Shown: one piece after another, positions 34,088 through 45,827 of the stretch
How positions within the stretch are numbered: position 1 is the first letter of the stretch
Layout: each line of letters starts with the position of its first letter
NCBI GenBank assembly: GCA_020536535.1
Contig: JAHLWZ010000564.1
Span: 5,380 to 69,379 of the forward strand
Direction: 5' to 3'
Length of the DNA stretch: 64,000 nt
Source of the DNA: Pelomyxa schiedti
Lineage: Eukaryota > Protista > Evosea
Translations under genes and position numbers: made by a program
Notes under the pieces: model-generated
What the model saw: the letters and a program-made list of their open reading frames with translations, nothing else
What the model was told of the DNA's origin: nothing
Databases searched by the model: none

Positions 34088-37000
34088 CTACGATTCACAA
34101 TTTTGTGTTGTGTGGCTTGTGTTTGCGTGATGTGGGGTTGATGGCTTGGATGTAGACATCTGTGACCACTGTGATTGGTTGAATGACAGGTTCTCATGCA
34201 GTGTTGCCAGTTTGTGTTTCCTCTTCATAATTCCCTTACCCATCATCACAGAAGAACTAGAGGAATCCAGAGGATAGGTATCCAATGCAACAGCCTCAGA
34301 ATCAGGAGCAGCCACATTCAGCAAGCTTCCTTGCCTTGATGGAACCGGTGTGGTTGTTTCACTGTTATTGTGGCTGTCGTGTGTATGATTGCTGCGGAAC
34401 TTCAGCTTGCGCCTCTTGTGTATGGGAGTAGATGCGCCTCCGCAACCCGTGTGCTGGGAATCAATGTATTTGGACACGGCATCAAGCATGGGTGATACAA
34501 AGAACTTGATGAATGCACCTTGACATGTGGCCACCCTAGTTGAGGTGCGGTCCATGAAAGGTGATTTGCTCAGGTGCTTCTCCTCTTCTTGGTCTCCTTG
34601 CCGGTAGAATTCCTGTGTATTTATGTTTGCGGATGTATGTGAGGTTCATTTTATAAAATGGTTTTGTTTTGTTTTGCTTTGTTTTTGGAGTTTAGTTTAG
34701 TACCTCCATGATGAGGTCTGTCCATATTCTTGCTGTCTCCCAAGGCCGAGTTTGGTTGCTTATATCTGCCATTTTAATCAACATTTGGAACACCAGCGTG
34801 AGGTCACCCTGTTACCATCATTAGTTCGAGGAACCTTGTGTGAAGGCATACTGTTTTGGAGGTGTCAAAGTCTCCAACTGACAACTTAGATTTGAATTGG
34901 CTAAGAATTTCCACGTGCTTGGCCATACTGAAAGAATTTAGTCCTTGGATTGTTGAATAGGAAAAAATACTCTGTGCCTAACACTATGCTGGTAACCATT
35001 TGATGGAACTCCAAAAATTCTTGCTGTACCGGCCGGTAGTAAGTAGTGAAAAATTTTGGATGAAGAAACCTGCGTAAGGAATGAGAGCCAACCGGACTGA
35101 AGAGTAACTTCAAAAGATTCCTTCACATGCATGTTTTCCAAAACCTGACACACAAATTATGGTAGTATAAACGAAGGATGTTTTACTGATATTCCATTAT
35201 ATGTCAATGCAAGTGGGTCTAGAATTCGATAAAGGAAATTGTTTCTAATTAATTATTAGAGTGCTTTAGCTATCGCATTCTCACGTTACTCCTGGATGCC
35301 CATAATCGTGTATGATAGCCTTTGTTATTTGAGAGAACGTACACGAGAAAGAACCACCATACTGCAAAGAAGAGTGCTAACAATGAGAGTGCCGGAATTG
35401 TATCGTAAATTACAGGGGAGAAATTCAACAACAGCACGTGAACTGCTTGGACAACATCGGCTGCATGTATCGCATTGTGATATGGATTGCTGATGTATCT
35501 TTTGCATTTGTAAATCCCAGTCTTTTCTAATGGGAGTTGAAACTTGCCCTTTCGATATATCTTCCAACCAGCTTTTGAACAGGTCCTTACTTACACTGAG
35601 CCTCGAAAATATGCCATGCGTTTGCACTATAGGGAGTGTTACCTCAACAAGGACAGTCTCTGTGTTGAAATCGTTAGTACGAGAGATAAAGAAAGGCTGC
35701 GGTACCAGGGGTATACTTGAAAAGGCAGAAGTCCCAGTCATCCAAATTTGACATGGCCATTGGAAAGGCATTGGATGGTCTAAGGAAGAGTCACTATACA
35801 CTTTGCTACAAAGGTTACTCACTCCACAGTGTGAGTTAGTTCTTCCTCTTGTTGGGAATAGGGAGCAATGGCCTCGTGGAGATACTTGTCGACTTCTTCA
35901 TCTAACCAAATAGGTTACAGAGAGTAGAAAAAAGGTAAGTCTACCTTGTGCTAGCTTAGCTTTCTTTTCTGCTGTGAAATCAACCCGGTGCAGGCCATTG
36001 CATGCTATCAATTGTATTATTCTATCTAGAACTAACGAGTCTTCTTTGCTTACTCCTTCTCGATGTTAGCAGAGGAAAAAAAAGGGTGAAATTAAACTTC
36101 TTTTTGTTTGCATTGCCTTGAGCTTTTTAATTGCTGCCTCTGCAGGGGTATTCATAAACTTTGTTGACAAGGGTTGAGATAATACAGAAACCTTCAGAAA
36201 TAAGTGCTCTTGGTTGCAGTTGTTAATTGCGGATCACACCTTGTTCTTGAAATACTTGATGATTGCAATTAACACAAAGACTGCAACAGTTAGACCCAGG
36301 GCAAAAATGCACCCAATACTCGTTCCAATTTTTAATCCAATCTGCATCTCTGACCACTATTTAGAGCACAACAAGGGAGAGGCTAAGTGCACACTGTAAA
36401 TAGATATTGGAACAGAAATTCCTGCCTTGAAGCATAATCCAAATTCAGAAACAGTGTCCTGAACGTCAAATTTAAGAGACCCAGAAAATGGTAGGGCGCT
36501 GCCGTAGGTCACAGAAATAACAGTGGACTCTGATCCTCCAAGAACAATTGTACCAGATAGGTTACCTTGATGTTGGTCAGAAAGTGGAGGACAGTAAAGT
36601 ATACCCACAAACAAGTGCAGAAGAAAAGTTTTCAGACAGATGCAAGGTAACTGGAATTACACCCGTATTTTTAACCTGCAGAAAGAGCTGAACTGGGAGA
36701 TTGCTTGGTAATACTTCAGCATTCAGAACTTCCGGAGTAATGGAAAAATTTCCACCTAAAAACGTGTGGGAAGGGAAACAACGTGGATGAAAAAGAACTT
36801 GAAATAATATCACTTGTGGGCACAGCTATTACCACAGACCAAGGAAGTAAGTCTAGTGGATATTGAGAGAATATCCACGTAGCATTATCATGGGTAATTG
36901 TTCTTGTTTCTGCAGACCCCAAGTTACTTATCAACTATTATTGGTCAGCAGGAGGAATCAACTTACAAGATACAAACCTCAGAGAAGTCCCAACCTACAG

Positions 37001-38600
37001 CACTTGAGAGACAAATCTGACTTTTGACGGTTAAATTGAGGTCCGGCCCAAAGAGAAGATCGTAAGCCACGTTACTAGCTGACAAAATACATCCCGCGCT
37101 TGATACAAGAAGGTTGAATCCTTGAGAATGTTAAGCAGGTCAGAGCATTTGTTCGTACCATTGGGGGTGGAGGTAATCGTATCCATAATGAGGTTGCTTG
37201 TATCTGCCATAGAAATAGTGGCTGCCACTGTCCCTCCAAAATCTCCATTTGTGAAGTACAAGGGATGCATGACTTGAATCTGCATGTCTGTACGATGGTA
37301 AAGGTATGACTCAAACCAAAAAAACATAGTACCGTAGAGAGGGTAGTAAGGCTCAGACCAAACTGTCTTCTTTTCTGGGTCATTTTCTGGTTCTACGAGT
37401 TCAACAAATGGTGGTCTGTAGTCAGGGTCCTTCAACATGTTCATTAACGTAGAGTTATACAGAGTCTTCCAGATAGCCCACGGTGTAACAACAGCTCTTA
37501 ATGAGAAGTTTACAATTTATTCTATCTGGGAGAAAACGTACTCCATACAGTAGATATTACTTACACCCCACATTCTCGTCATATAATTTAATTGCTTGGA
37601 GTTAACATCAGCAATTGCGTCTATATGCCTTGACAAGGCAAGGATTTTGCTTGTTTCACAATACACAGAACATGGCATTCCGGTATTTGGATCTTTCCGC
37701 AAATTATTTCAATAGTCAGGAGAAAGGAAAACAAACCTGGGTAGTTTTCTTCCACCCATTGTAACCAATAAGGGTTGCAAGCACATGGTTCGGAGCGATT
37801 AACAATTTGTGGTTTAAGTGCTGAACTCCTAATCACAGACTTTTTTGGAGGTTACAATTGGCAGTTAACTCCAAGGAAGTACCTCTAGGTGACGGTCAGG
37901 GTCGTCGTCTTCTGCACAACCAGCAGAAACTAAAAAAAAAGTAAGTCACATTTCCAAACTTACATATGATTTAAAACCTCCATCTTTCACCATAGTCATT
38001 TTCTCTACAACCCAACTCTTCCATAGTAATCTCTCCTCGTCATTTGCATTTTCTTCCAGATATGCAAGTGCAGCGCTCAGTGACTCTGTTTGCTTGCAGA
38101 AGTAAGTAAGTAAGGAAATAACAATAATAACACCATCGTTTTTTTTTTTTTTGCGATAATAAGCCAAAAGAATTACAAAAAAAAGGAAATTGTGGCAACA
38201 ACACATTTCACATACATGTTGAAGTTCGAGGTAAGAGGGTTGTATTTGCATGGCAGTTGATTTCGTGAGGGAAATGACACCCTCTAGTGTACACACATTC
38301 CACTCTGTTGACTCTGTCTCCCCACCACAGACACCTGAAATCACCACAACTCCTATCACTACAACAACTATTTATGTTATTGTGGTTAGTGCTCTCGTTA
38401 AAAATTCTGTTAGTGTGCACAACGCGAAGGTGTGAATTTCAAAATTTTCGAAAGAACACTAGTTGTGATGATGGGATGGTACGTGCTAACGTTGACACCA
38501 TTCCCCTGTCTGATGGCCTTAGGAATGGCCTTTTGGTTTGATCCCTGCTTCTTTTTGATTTTTCCTTGCTTTCATCGGTTTTTTACCTACTGAGGAAAAC
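34088..38600 (-). CDS. transmembrane class I 3',5'-cyclic nucleotide phosphodiesterase with extracellular Cache-like region; start approximate
   Basis: Catalytic motifs HDYGHPG, VLENMH, IKMADISNQTRPW..W...IMEEFYRQGDQE...SPFMDR..VATCQGAFI. Two TM segments flank an extracellular region with WSEPY..PLYFTNGDFGGTVAATIS and WSVVIAVPTSD (dCache-like). Confidence 0.85.
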
Positions 38601-39502
38601 GGAGTGTGATGGAGGTGATGGTGAAATCGCCGAAGATCGAAAAAGTCGAACACGGATCTCCCCCACACGAAAAAATTTCGTGGTGAAGACATTGATGTGT
38701 TTGTGTGTTGTTGATGTCACAGCTTGCACCAGCTGATTCAACCAGCTTCCTTCTTCAGATGTCACCAACCCGTTCACCTGAACCGAGACAAATACTTGTT
38801 CCAAGAAGAACCACTGAAGACTGAAACGATCGTCATCACAATCTCAGCTTCAATCTGTAAAAAAAAAAAACCATAGCGGCGGATGGTGCTCCCACGCCAC
38901 GGCTGAAAAACGCCGAATTGCAAGTATCCATCCCACAATTTGTGTTCGACCCCTTCGGGGTGTATGCCCCTTGCACTAGCAATAGCAATTCATGACTGGT
39001 TGTGTGGTGGGTTCATTGATACCGCACATCATTTACGGCCACTTGGTGTGGAAGCACGTTGCTTCACAACATAGTAGTTGCACGGATTCATCCAGGTAAA
39101 AAAAAAAACCGGGGGCGAATAATATAAACAACCATTACTCCCAAAACCAACACTGTATACACACAGGAAGATGACAATTAAATTCCGCCACACTCATTTT
39201 CACTGGTTGGACTCAGGCGATGCACGGATGTCCACCTTGCGGCAGGACGCTATAACCTCAACTCACACAGAAAACACAATTCTGCTGGGATCGGATCCGC
39301 ATCAGACTGCACTCCCGCATTACAAGTGACTCTGGTCAAAGACCTCTGGCCTTTTTGTCTCCGCAAAAACCTTAAAACAAACAGCAACCACCCCTTCCCT
39401 GCTCTTTCACAGTGGAAAAAAAAACACTTGGTTTTTGGCAAAAAAAGTGCTGTTTGTACAATTATTTCTGCTGTGGCACTTCGCAAGGATTGGGGGTATT
39501 TT

Positions 39503-39786
39503 GGGGGCTTGTGTCTCTCTGACCAACAGGCTGCTGGGGGATTCGCACGAGAGTCGAATTGGGGGGGGGGGTGGCTCGAATTGGGGATTGCACTTGATAC
39601 TCCACGAGAACCCACCCAACAACCCCCCATTGGCACCCAGTCCTCCGCGGGGGATTCCCAGCCCAGTTGGGTTTGGTCTGGGAATGTGTTCGGGGTTTCC
39701 AAACACCCGCCGCGGTACTTTGGTGCCAAACTCGAGGGAAGGGTTCTCGTGGGGTTAGCCCAGCCCGGCCAATCTTCCTCTCTTTT
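39503..39786 (+). ncRNA. candidate highly structured ncRNA (two 5' hairpins with complementary loops, long rod, two apical hairpins, 3' UUUU); identity unresolved
   Basis: Nested complementary segments read by eye: 39561-71/39773-83, 39572-76/39767-71, 39599-613/39741-55, 39630-37/39722-29, 39645-50/39710-15, 39654-61/39678-85, 39686-90/39702-06. Confidence 0.45.
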
Positions 39787-40562
39787 GGGGTGTGTGCAAT
39801 GTGCAGCCACTCGAAATGGTCATCACAGAGACATACTGAACTTGAACCACCGGGGGATGGGAAGGATTTGCCGGAACTCAGTGAAGATGAAGTACAAGTG
39901 GGCAAGAGGTTCCGGGAATCATCGCGGATCAGGTGAGCAGCTGTGAATTGGTGAGTTGGGAGAAAAAAGCATGCAAGGTGTTCATTGCAATACCTTGCGT
40001 CCGGCTGCTGCTGACTCTGGCTGATTTTTTATTTTGGATATCAAATCAGATGGCTTGCTTTATTCGTCGGTTGTGTCAACAACAAGACTGTTGAGTGGGA
40101 TGTGAGTTGGGAGAAGACGCAAAACTGAAGAAGAGACCTGCTGACAACACAACTCGGTGATAATAATTTCGCGGAACGGGTAAAATAAGTTGCCTGCCAA
40201 TGTATATCATACAATCATCCACCACACTCGACGTGGTGTGAATCGCAGATGACCACATGATCACACATGGGAGTGTTGCTATTATTGTCTCTGTGTGCGA
40301 TATATTAGAACACACGGAATTCAACGGGAAAAGGGAGCCATACCCTCTCATGATAGCGGCGGCAATTCCTCGATTCCAGCGAAACTAATTTGAATTGACG
40401 ATCAAGCCATATGTGGTGAGTCAACGCAGCAGCGTATTGGGAGTCTCAGCACAGCAGGAGTCTCAGCACAGCAGAAATGACGGACTTTGAGTGCGTGTGG
40501 GACGGTCGATGGTGTTACATGTTGGGGTGGTATTACAATGCAAGTGCGGGTGTTTTGGGTCT

Positions 40563-42574
40563 CTACAAGGTGGTCCCCACCAGCCTGGGGATCCACACTG
40601 CTGCTGGCTGCTGCTGTGGCTGATGCGGGGGGATGTTGGGCCACAAAGAGGACGAAGGCCGCCACGTGGCCGGGGAGACTGGCGCAGCAGCTGCAGTATC
40701 AACGGAATCAGCCATTTTGGCATCGCGCTGTTGGGCAATCAGTCGCAGCAACCAGGCAGGCTGAACAGGCTCAGGGCGGGGTGGTTGCTGCTGGGGCGGA
40801 GTCGGGGGGTTGATGGCCGGCAACAAAGCTGCTGGTTGGGACGGTGGTAACCCAAACGGGAACCAACCAACGCCAGGTACACTAACACCAACACCAACAG
40901 CAGCAGCAGCAGGCTGAACAGGCCGAGCAGGGCGTGGCGGCTGCTGCTGGGGCGGCTTCGGGGGATTGACGGCCGGCAACAAAGCTGCTGGTTGGGACGG
41001 TGGCACCCCGAACGGGAACCAGCCAACGCCAGGTACACTGACACCAACGCCAGCAGCAGCAGGCTGAACAAGCTCAGGGCGGGGTGCCTGCTGGGGAGGC
41101 TTCGGGGGATTTATGGTGGGTGCTGACGGTGGTAACCCAAACGGGAACCAGCCAACGCCAGGTACACTGATACCAACACCAACAGCATCACCACCAGCAG
41201 CAGCGGTACTAGTACTAGTGGTGCCAGTCCCCGGGGGCTGCCGCTGCTGCTGCCCACTGCTAATCCATGGTTGCGAAGGCATAGGCATCATCGTTATGGG
41301 AGCGGCGTCAGCATCAGCAGCAGGAGATGATGTCACGTGAGGTTGTGGCTGGGTATGCGGCTGCGAATGTGACTGTGACTGTGACTGTGCCGGGCCCTGC
41401 GCATCCCAGTCCCAGTCCAGCGACCCTGGTCTCACAGGGCGGGTCCACGACGTCCTAGTCGTCCCGACAGTAGTAGCCTCGGCGGCGGGGGGGGTCGTTG
41501 TCGTCGTCGTCCTTGGTGCCTGTGGCTGTGCCTGCGACGTCGGGTGCTGCACTCCCCAGTCCCAGTCGAGCGCCCCGGGCAGCGTTGGGCGGGTCCAAGC
41601 ATCAGATGTCGGGGTCGCAGCGCTGCTGCTGCTGCTGACTCGGAGGCCATCACCGTCGTCATCAGCTGGAGTGGCTGCACTGGGAGTGCGTCGTGGCTGG
41701 GGCGACGGAGAGGCGGAGGAGAAGGACGAGGAGGATGGGCGAAGCAGGGGAGCGAGGCGTGGCCGGCCCACAATGCGAGAGAACAGCTTCCCATCGCGTT
41801 GGAAATCAAATGCAAAGAAATTCTCGGGAAGATCAGTCGAGCCGGCCGGTCTGTTCAACTTAGGAACGATGAATGCTACTCTTTGTCGAAAGACCTGTCG
41901 TTGGGTATGGATCAGTGAGATTACAGCAGGAAGAAACAAAACACAGTCATTTTGTATCACACAACACACACCTCGTAAAGCACGTCAGCCACTGCGCCAG
42001 CAACCGACTGGGCTGCAACCAAGAACAGAGTGTCGGCCAGCCACGGCGGCACGTAGTCGACTTCGCGCCCCGGGGCGCAGAACGACTCGTCGTCGGCGGT
42101 GACCCAGTAGCACTCATCAGGCAAGGCTCGCCACCACCCCGTGCCAGCCCCGCTGCCCACAGATCCAAACGGGTGCGGCACAGCGGCCGATGACGGTGAT
42201 GAAGATGACGGGGAAGGCGCAGGCGAAGACAACGACGACGAGGGAGAGGAGGGTGGCGACGATAAGGGCGGCGAGGATGACCACGAGGAGGAGGAGAAGC
42301 CAGCAGCGAGGGGGGAGCTCGTCGGCGTCGAGGAGGAGGAGGAGCGGGGGCGGGGAGTGCCGAGGACGGGGATGTGCTGGTCGTGGTCGGCGTGGTCGTG
42401 CAAGTCCAGGAGGGGATGCGTGGGCCAGACAGGCCAGACACCGAGCGGATCGCGACGGGGAGCACCGATGTACGAGGAGGGGACGCGTGGCTCGGCTGCG
42501 AAGCTGCGCGGGGGGGTGGCCGGAGAGGCGATGTAATCGCGTCTGCTGGTCGTGGCACTAGTACTCGCGGGCAT
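40563..42574 (-). CDS. hypothetical Pro/Gln-rich protein with tandem aromatic repeats
   Basis: The 468-aa ORF plus an upstream exon. Contains 3x VSVPGVGWFPFG(L/V)PPS and 2x WTRP..PG.LDWDW. The 3' end is uncertain. Confidence 0.6.
40757..41190. repeat. three ~130-150-bp coding tandem repeats
   Basis: Units start caggctgaaca at ~40757, ~40910 and ~41060 and share aacgggaacca.ccaacgccaggtacact. Confidence 0.85.
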
Positions 42575-43329
42575 GGCCCGGCTGCAAAAAAACGTTAGTC
42601 TCGAGACGAGGGAAACACCGCAAAAATTGTGGAAGAGATGCTCACCGTACGAGGACGGCAATACCCAAAACAGCGATCGTAACAAACACGCTTCCTAAAG
42701 CAAACATTGTCGCTTGTACGTGCGGTAATACGGTATGTAAGAAAACTCAAACTCGAAAAAAAAGCAAAAGTGGTTCGTCTCCTTCAAAATTTCACCTTTT
42801 AAATCAAAAAACCAAAAACCACAGTTGCACAACGTGAGAATTTACATCCTGATAGATCACTGACACCACCCCCACCTCAGAACAACCTCCGCACCGTGGA
42901 GAGAATCATGCCTCTGCACGGAGTTCCCAATTGTTCCGGCAAGTAACTCTTCAATCACTGCTAGTAGACTAAACTCTTACCAGAAATCATCAATCCGTCG
43001 AACTTAGCTTAAGTTGAGCCCAGTGCTGCGATACAACTGTCACTATGGCAAGATGATGTGGATGCACAGGCACCTGCATCGCCGGAACCATAACAATTCC
43101 AGCCACACCCACCATGAGACACACTCCCAAATTCAGACTTGGGCTATGTGGACCACATCTTTCTACTGTTGCAGGTATTAGGAGATTGTTGTTTGGGGGC
43201 GTGAATGAACCCCAATTCCCACTCAGTACCCAATTTCCAATCTGGAAACTGTATTATCACTCTTTTTAGCTTTTTTCATTTCGGCTTTTCGTTTTCGCAA
43301 TCGTAATTACGAGGTGGTGCGTGAGTGCA

Positions 43330-45827
43330 ATGCTTGTTGGTGGCGGATCTACGACAGGGACAGCAACGCAAATGGGCGACACAACTGGCTGCGGCAACTG
43401 TGAAGGCGAGGGCGTCCCTCGCGATGCGGAGATCTCTGTCGCAGTACAACCGGATCTCGAGATCCAAGGCTCAAACGCAAACGCAAATGCGGCAGCGATA
43501 TTGGTGACCAGCACAAACACCAGCGGCGATGACGCCGTTGACGACTCTGTGCATCGCGACGACGGCGACGGCGGCGGGGGCAAACCAACTACAACTACTT
43601 CGTCGCCGTGCGGGATGTTGGACAAGGCGTGCGTTGCTGTGTTCCGGTGCCGATTCGCAGGTGGCGTGAAGGAGGAGTTGCTGGCAGTGTGGAAGATGGC
43701 TTGGCCTATCTGCCTCGGCTACGCTCTGTGGATGCAAATCGGCGTGGTGAACTTGATATTCATGGGTCACGTTGGCCCTAATGAGATGGGTATGCATGGA
43801 GCTCTGCTTTGTCCTCTCTGCCTGTGATAGTTTCTCGTCATTCTCGTTCTAACGTTCTGAATTGAATTTGTTTTTTCAGCGGCTTCCTCCCTTGCTATAA
43901 TGCTAGCAAATGTAACTGGCTGGAGTGTCGGGATTGGCTTGTTAAGTGCAGTGGACACACTTGCGTAAGTACCTTAATTCATAGAGAATTTCTTACGCGT
44001 GTGTCAGATCACAAGCTTATGGTGCACAGAATTACAAAAAAGTGGGCATAATTCTACAAAGAGGTTGGTTTTCCCTGAAATCAAATAACACTGTTTTGTT
44101 ATTTGATTTACACCCTCCAAGGTGTGTTGGTGTGCTGGTGCTACTGCATACCCATTATTGGTGTTTGGTTCTGTTCGGAATACATTCTGGTGTTTCTGAG
44201 ACAGGTCACTTCTCTTTCTTGCTTTAAGATGCCAAAAGTCTCTTTAGGATCCAGAGATCTCTGCTGCAGCTGCAAGATTCATGAAGATAATCAGTCCGTC
44301 ATTGTTTCCCTTTTTCTTGTACGAATCCACCAAGAGAACTCTTCAGTGCCAAGGGATAGTTTTCCCAGCCATGGTACCATCTCTTTCTTGGTCGCTCTTC
44401 TCCAACACACCTTGCAGATCGTTTGTGCGGCCGCTGTTGTACTTCTGGTGATTCTGCTCTGTTTTTTTGTTTTATATCTTGGACTTGGCCTCACAGGTAA
44501 AGAGGCATACCATTTTGCATTTAATGGTTTTCAGGATCCGCCATTTCAATGACAATTGTTTATTTCTTCATGCCTTCCGTTCTCATACCCTATATTATCA
44601 TCAGAAAATTGCATCGCCAGTTGAGATCCAATATCCATAGAAACATTTAACACCGTACCAGGATGTGGGGAGGATTTTCTCGCGAATGTTTCAAAAATTG
44701 GAAGGAATTTTTGTTTTTGGGCCTGCCTGGCGCCTTCATGACCTGTGCTGAGTGGTGGGCTTTTGAAATCATGACGATTCTTTCCGGTAGGCCTAATTAG
44801 TTTTTGGACTCTGTTCTAATATAAAAAGGTCTTCTTGGCACTGTATCTCTGGCATCAAACGTTGTAATCATGAACACCTACGGCATCTTTTTCATGGTGT
44901 GTTCTTCTTTCCTCCGGTGCAATTCCATTAACTGCCTGTTGCCAGATTCCACTTGGAATGTCTGTAGTATCTGCAACAAGGGTTGGAAATGCTCTTGGAG
45001 CCAACTTTCCTACCCGAGCAAGGTGCACCGCACTATCCAGTGGTCTCCTTCTTGTAACAAAAACTCAGAATGGTCTCCATTATGACGTTGTCTATTACAA
45101 TATTTACTGAGGTTATTCAAACATCCTTGCTGTTGGCATGCCATGAATTCTGGGCGAAAATGTACACAAATAATGATGAAGTAGTAGCACTGGTATGACA
45201 TTCCCCAATACCTGTTTCTTTGCCCAACAAATTTGAATGCAGGTTGCCAAGCTCTTGCCCATGTGCGCCCTGTTTCTCACCTCTGATGGACTTCAGGTGT
45301 GTGGTGGGGGTGTACTCCGTGGCTGCGGAAGGCAGAAGTGGGGTGCGTGTATCAACTTGGCCTCATTCTACGTTTTTGGATTACCTCTGGGAGCTGTACT
45401 CACGTTTGTTGCGGACCTGGGACTCTGGGGGATATGGATAGGCGAAGGGGTGTGTTCTCCTTTTCTTCTGAAACTCCTTTGGTTCGACTCACTCATCCAT
45501 CCCAAGGTGGCATTGACCCTGTCCTCTACTTCCTTCATTTTTCTTGTAGTACTCACCAAGTGGCAACTGATTGCCCAGCGCGTTTCCGATAGAGAAAAAG
45601 CCTACGCTGTAGACTCCCACCCCTCTATCTCTGACAAACCGGCCGATTCAACACCAGAATCAGCCACAACTACAACAACAACCATCATAACCTCCGGAAC
45701 ATCAGCAGACCCCAGCATTACCACATCAGAGGTTGTTGAGCCAGTTGCAATATCAACAGGTGATGAGCCATCATCGCGGCTTGTGGAGATGGTACCCGTT
45801 AACCACCGGTCAACTGAGGACCCCTAA
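43330..45827 (+). CDS. MATE family efflux transporter (SLC47-like)
   Basis: MAWPI..FMGHVGPNEM, GLLSAVDTL.SQAYGA..VGIILQRG, LGLPGAFMTCAEWWAFE, TRVGNALGA, DGLQVCGGGVLRGCGRQKWGACINLASFYVFGLPLG. Confidence 0.92.

Noticed and set aside
38860-39100. Minus-strand TTACCTGG... read as a U1 snRNA 5' end, with loosely similar loops downstream
   Set aside because: It is the complement of an ordinary plus-strand CAG|GTAAAA donor-like site. The spacing to the putative stem-loop I is ~70 nt too long, and the U1-70K and U1A loops match poorly.
39503-39786. Calling the structured element a canonical 7SL/SRP, U3 or RNase P RNA
   Set aside because: No helix-8 SRP54 motif, no C/D boxes and no RNase P CR-I/CR-V motifs on either strand. 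It is kept only as an unassigned candidate.
40757-41190. CRISPR-like repeat-spacer array
   Set aside because: The units are in-frame coding repeats in a eukaryotic ORF, the spacers are homologous to each other, and no cas genes are present.
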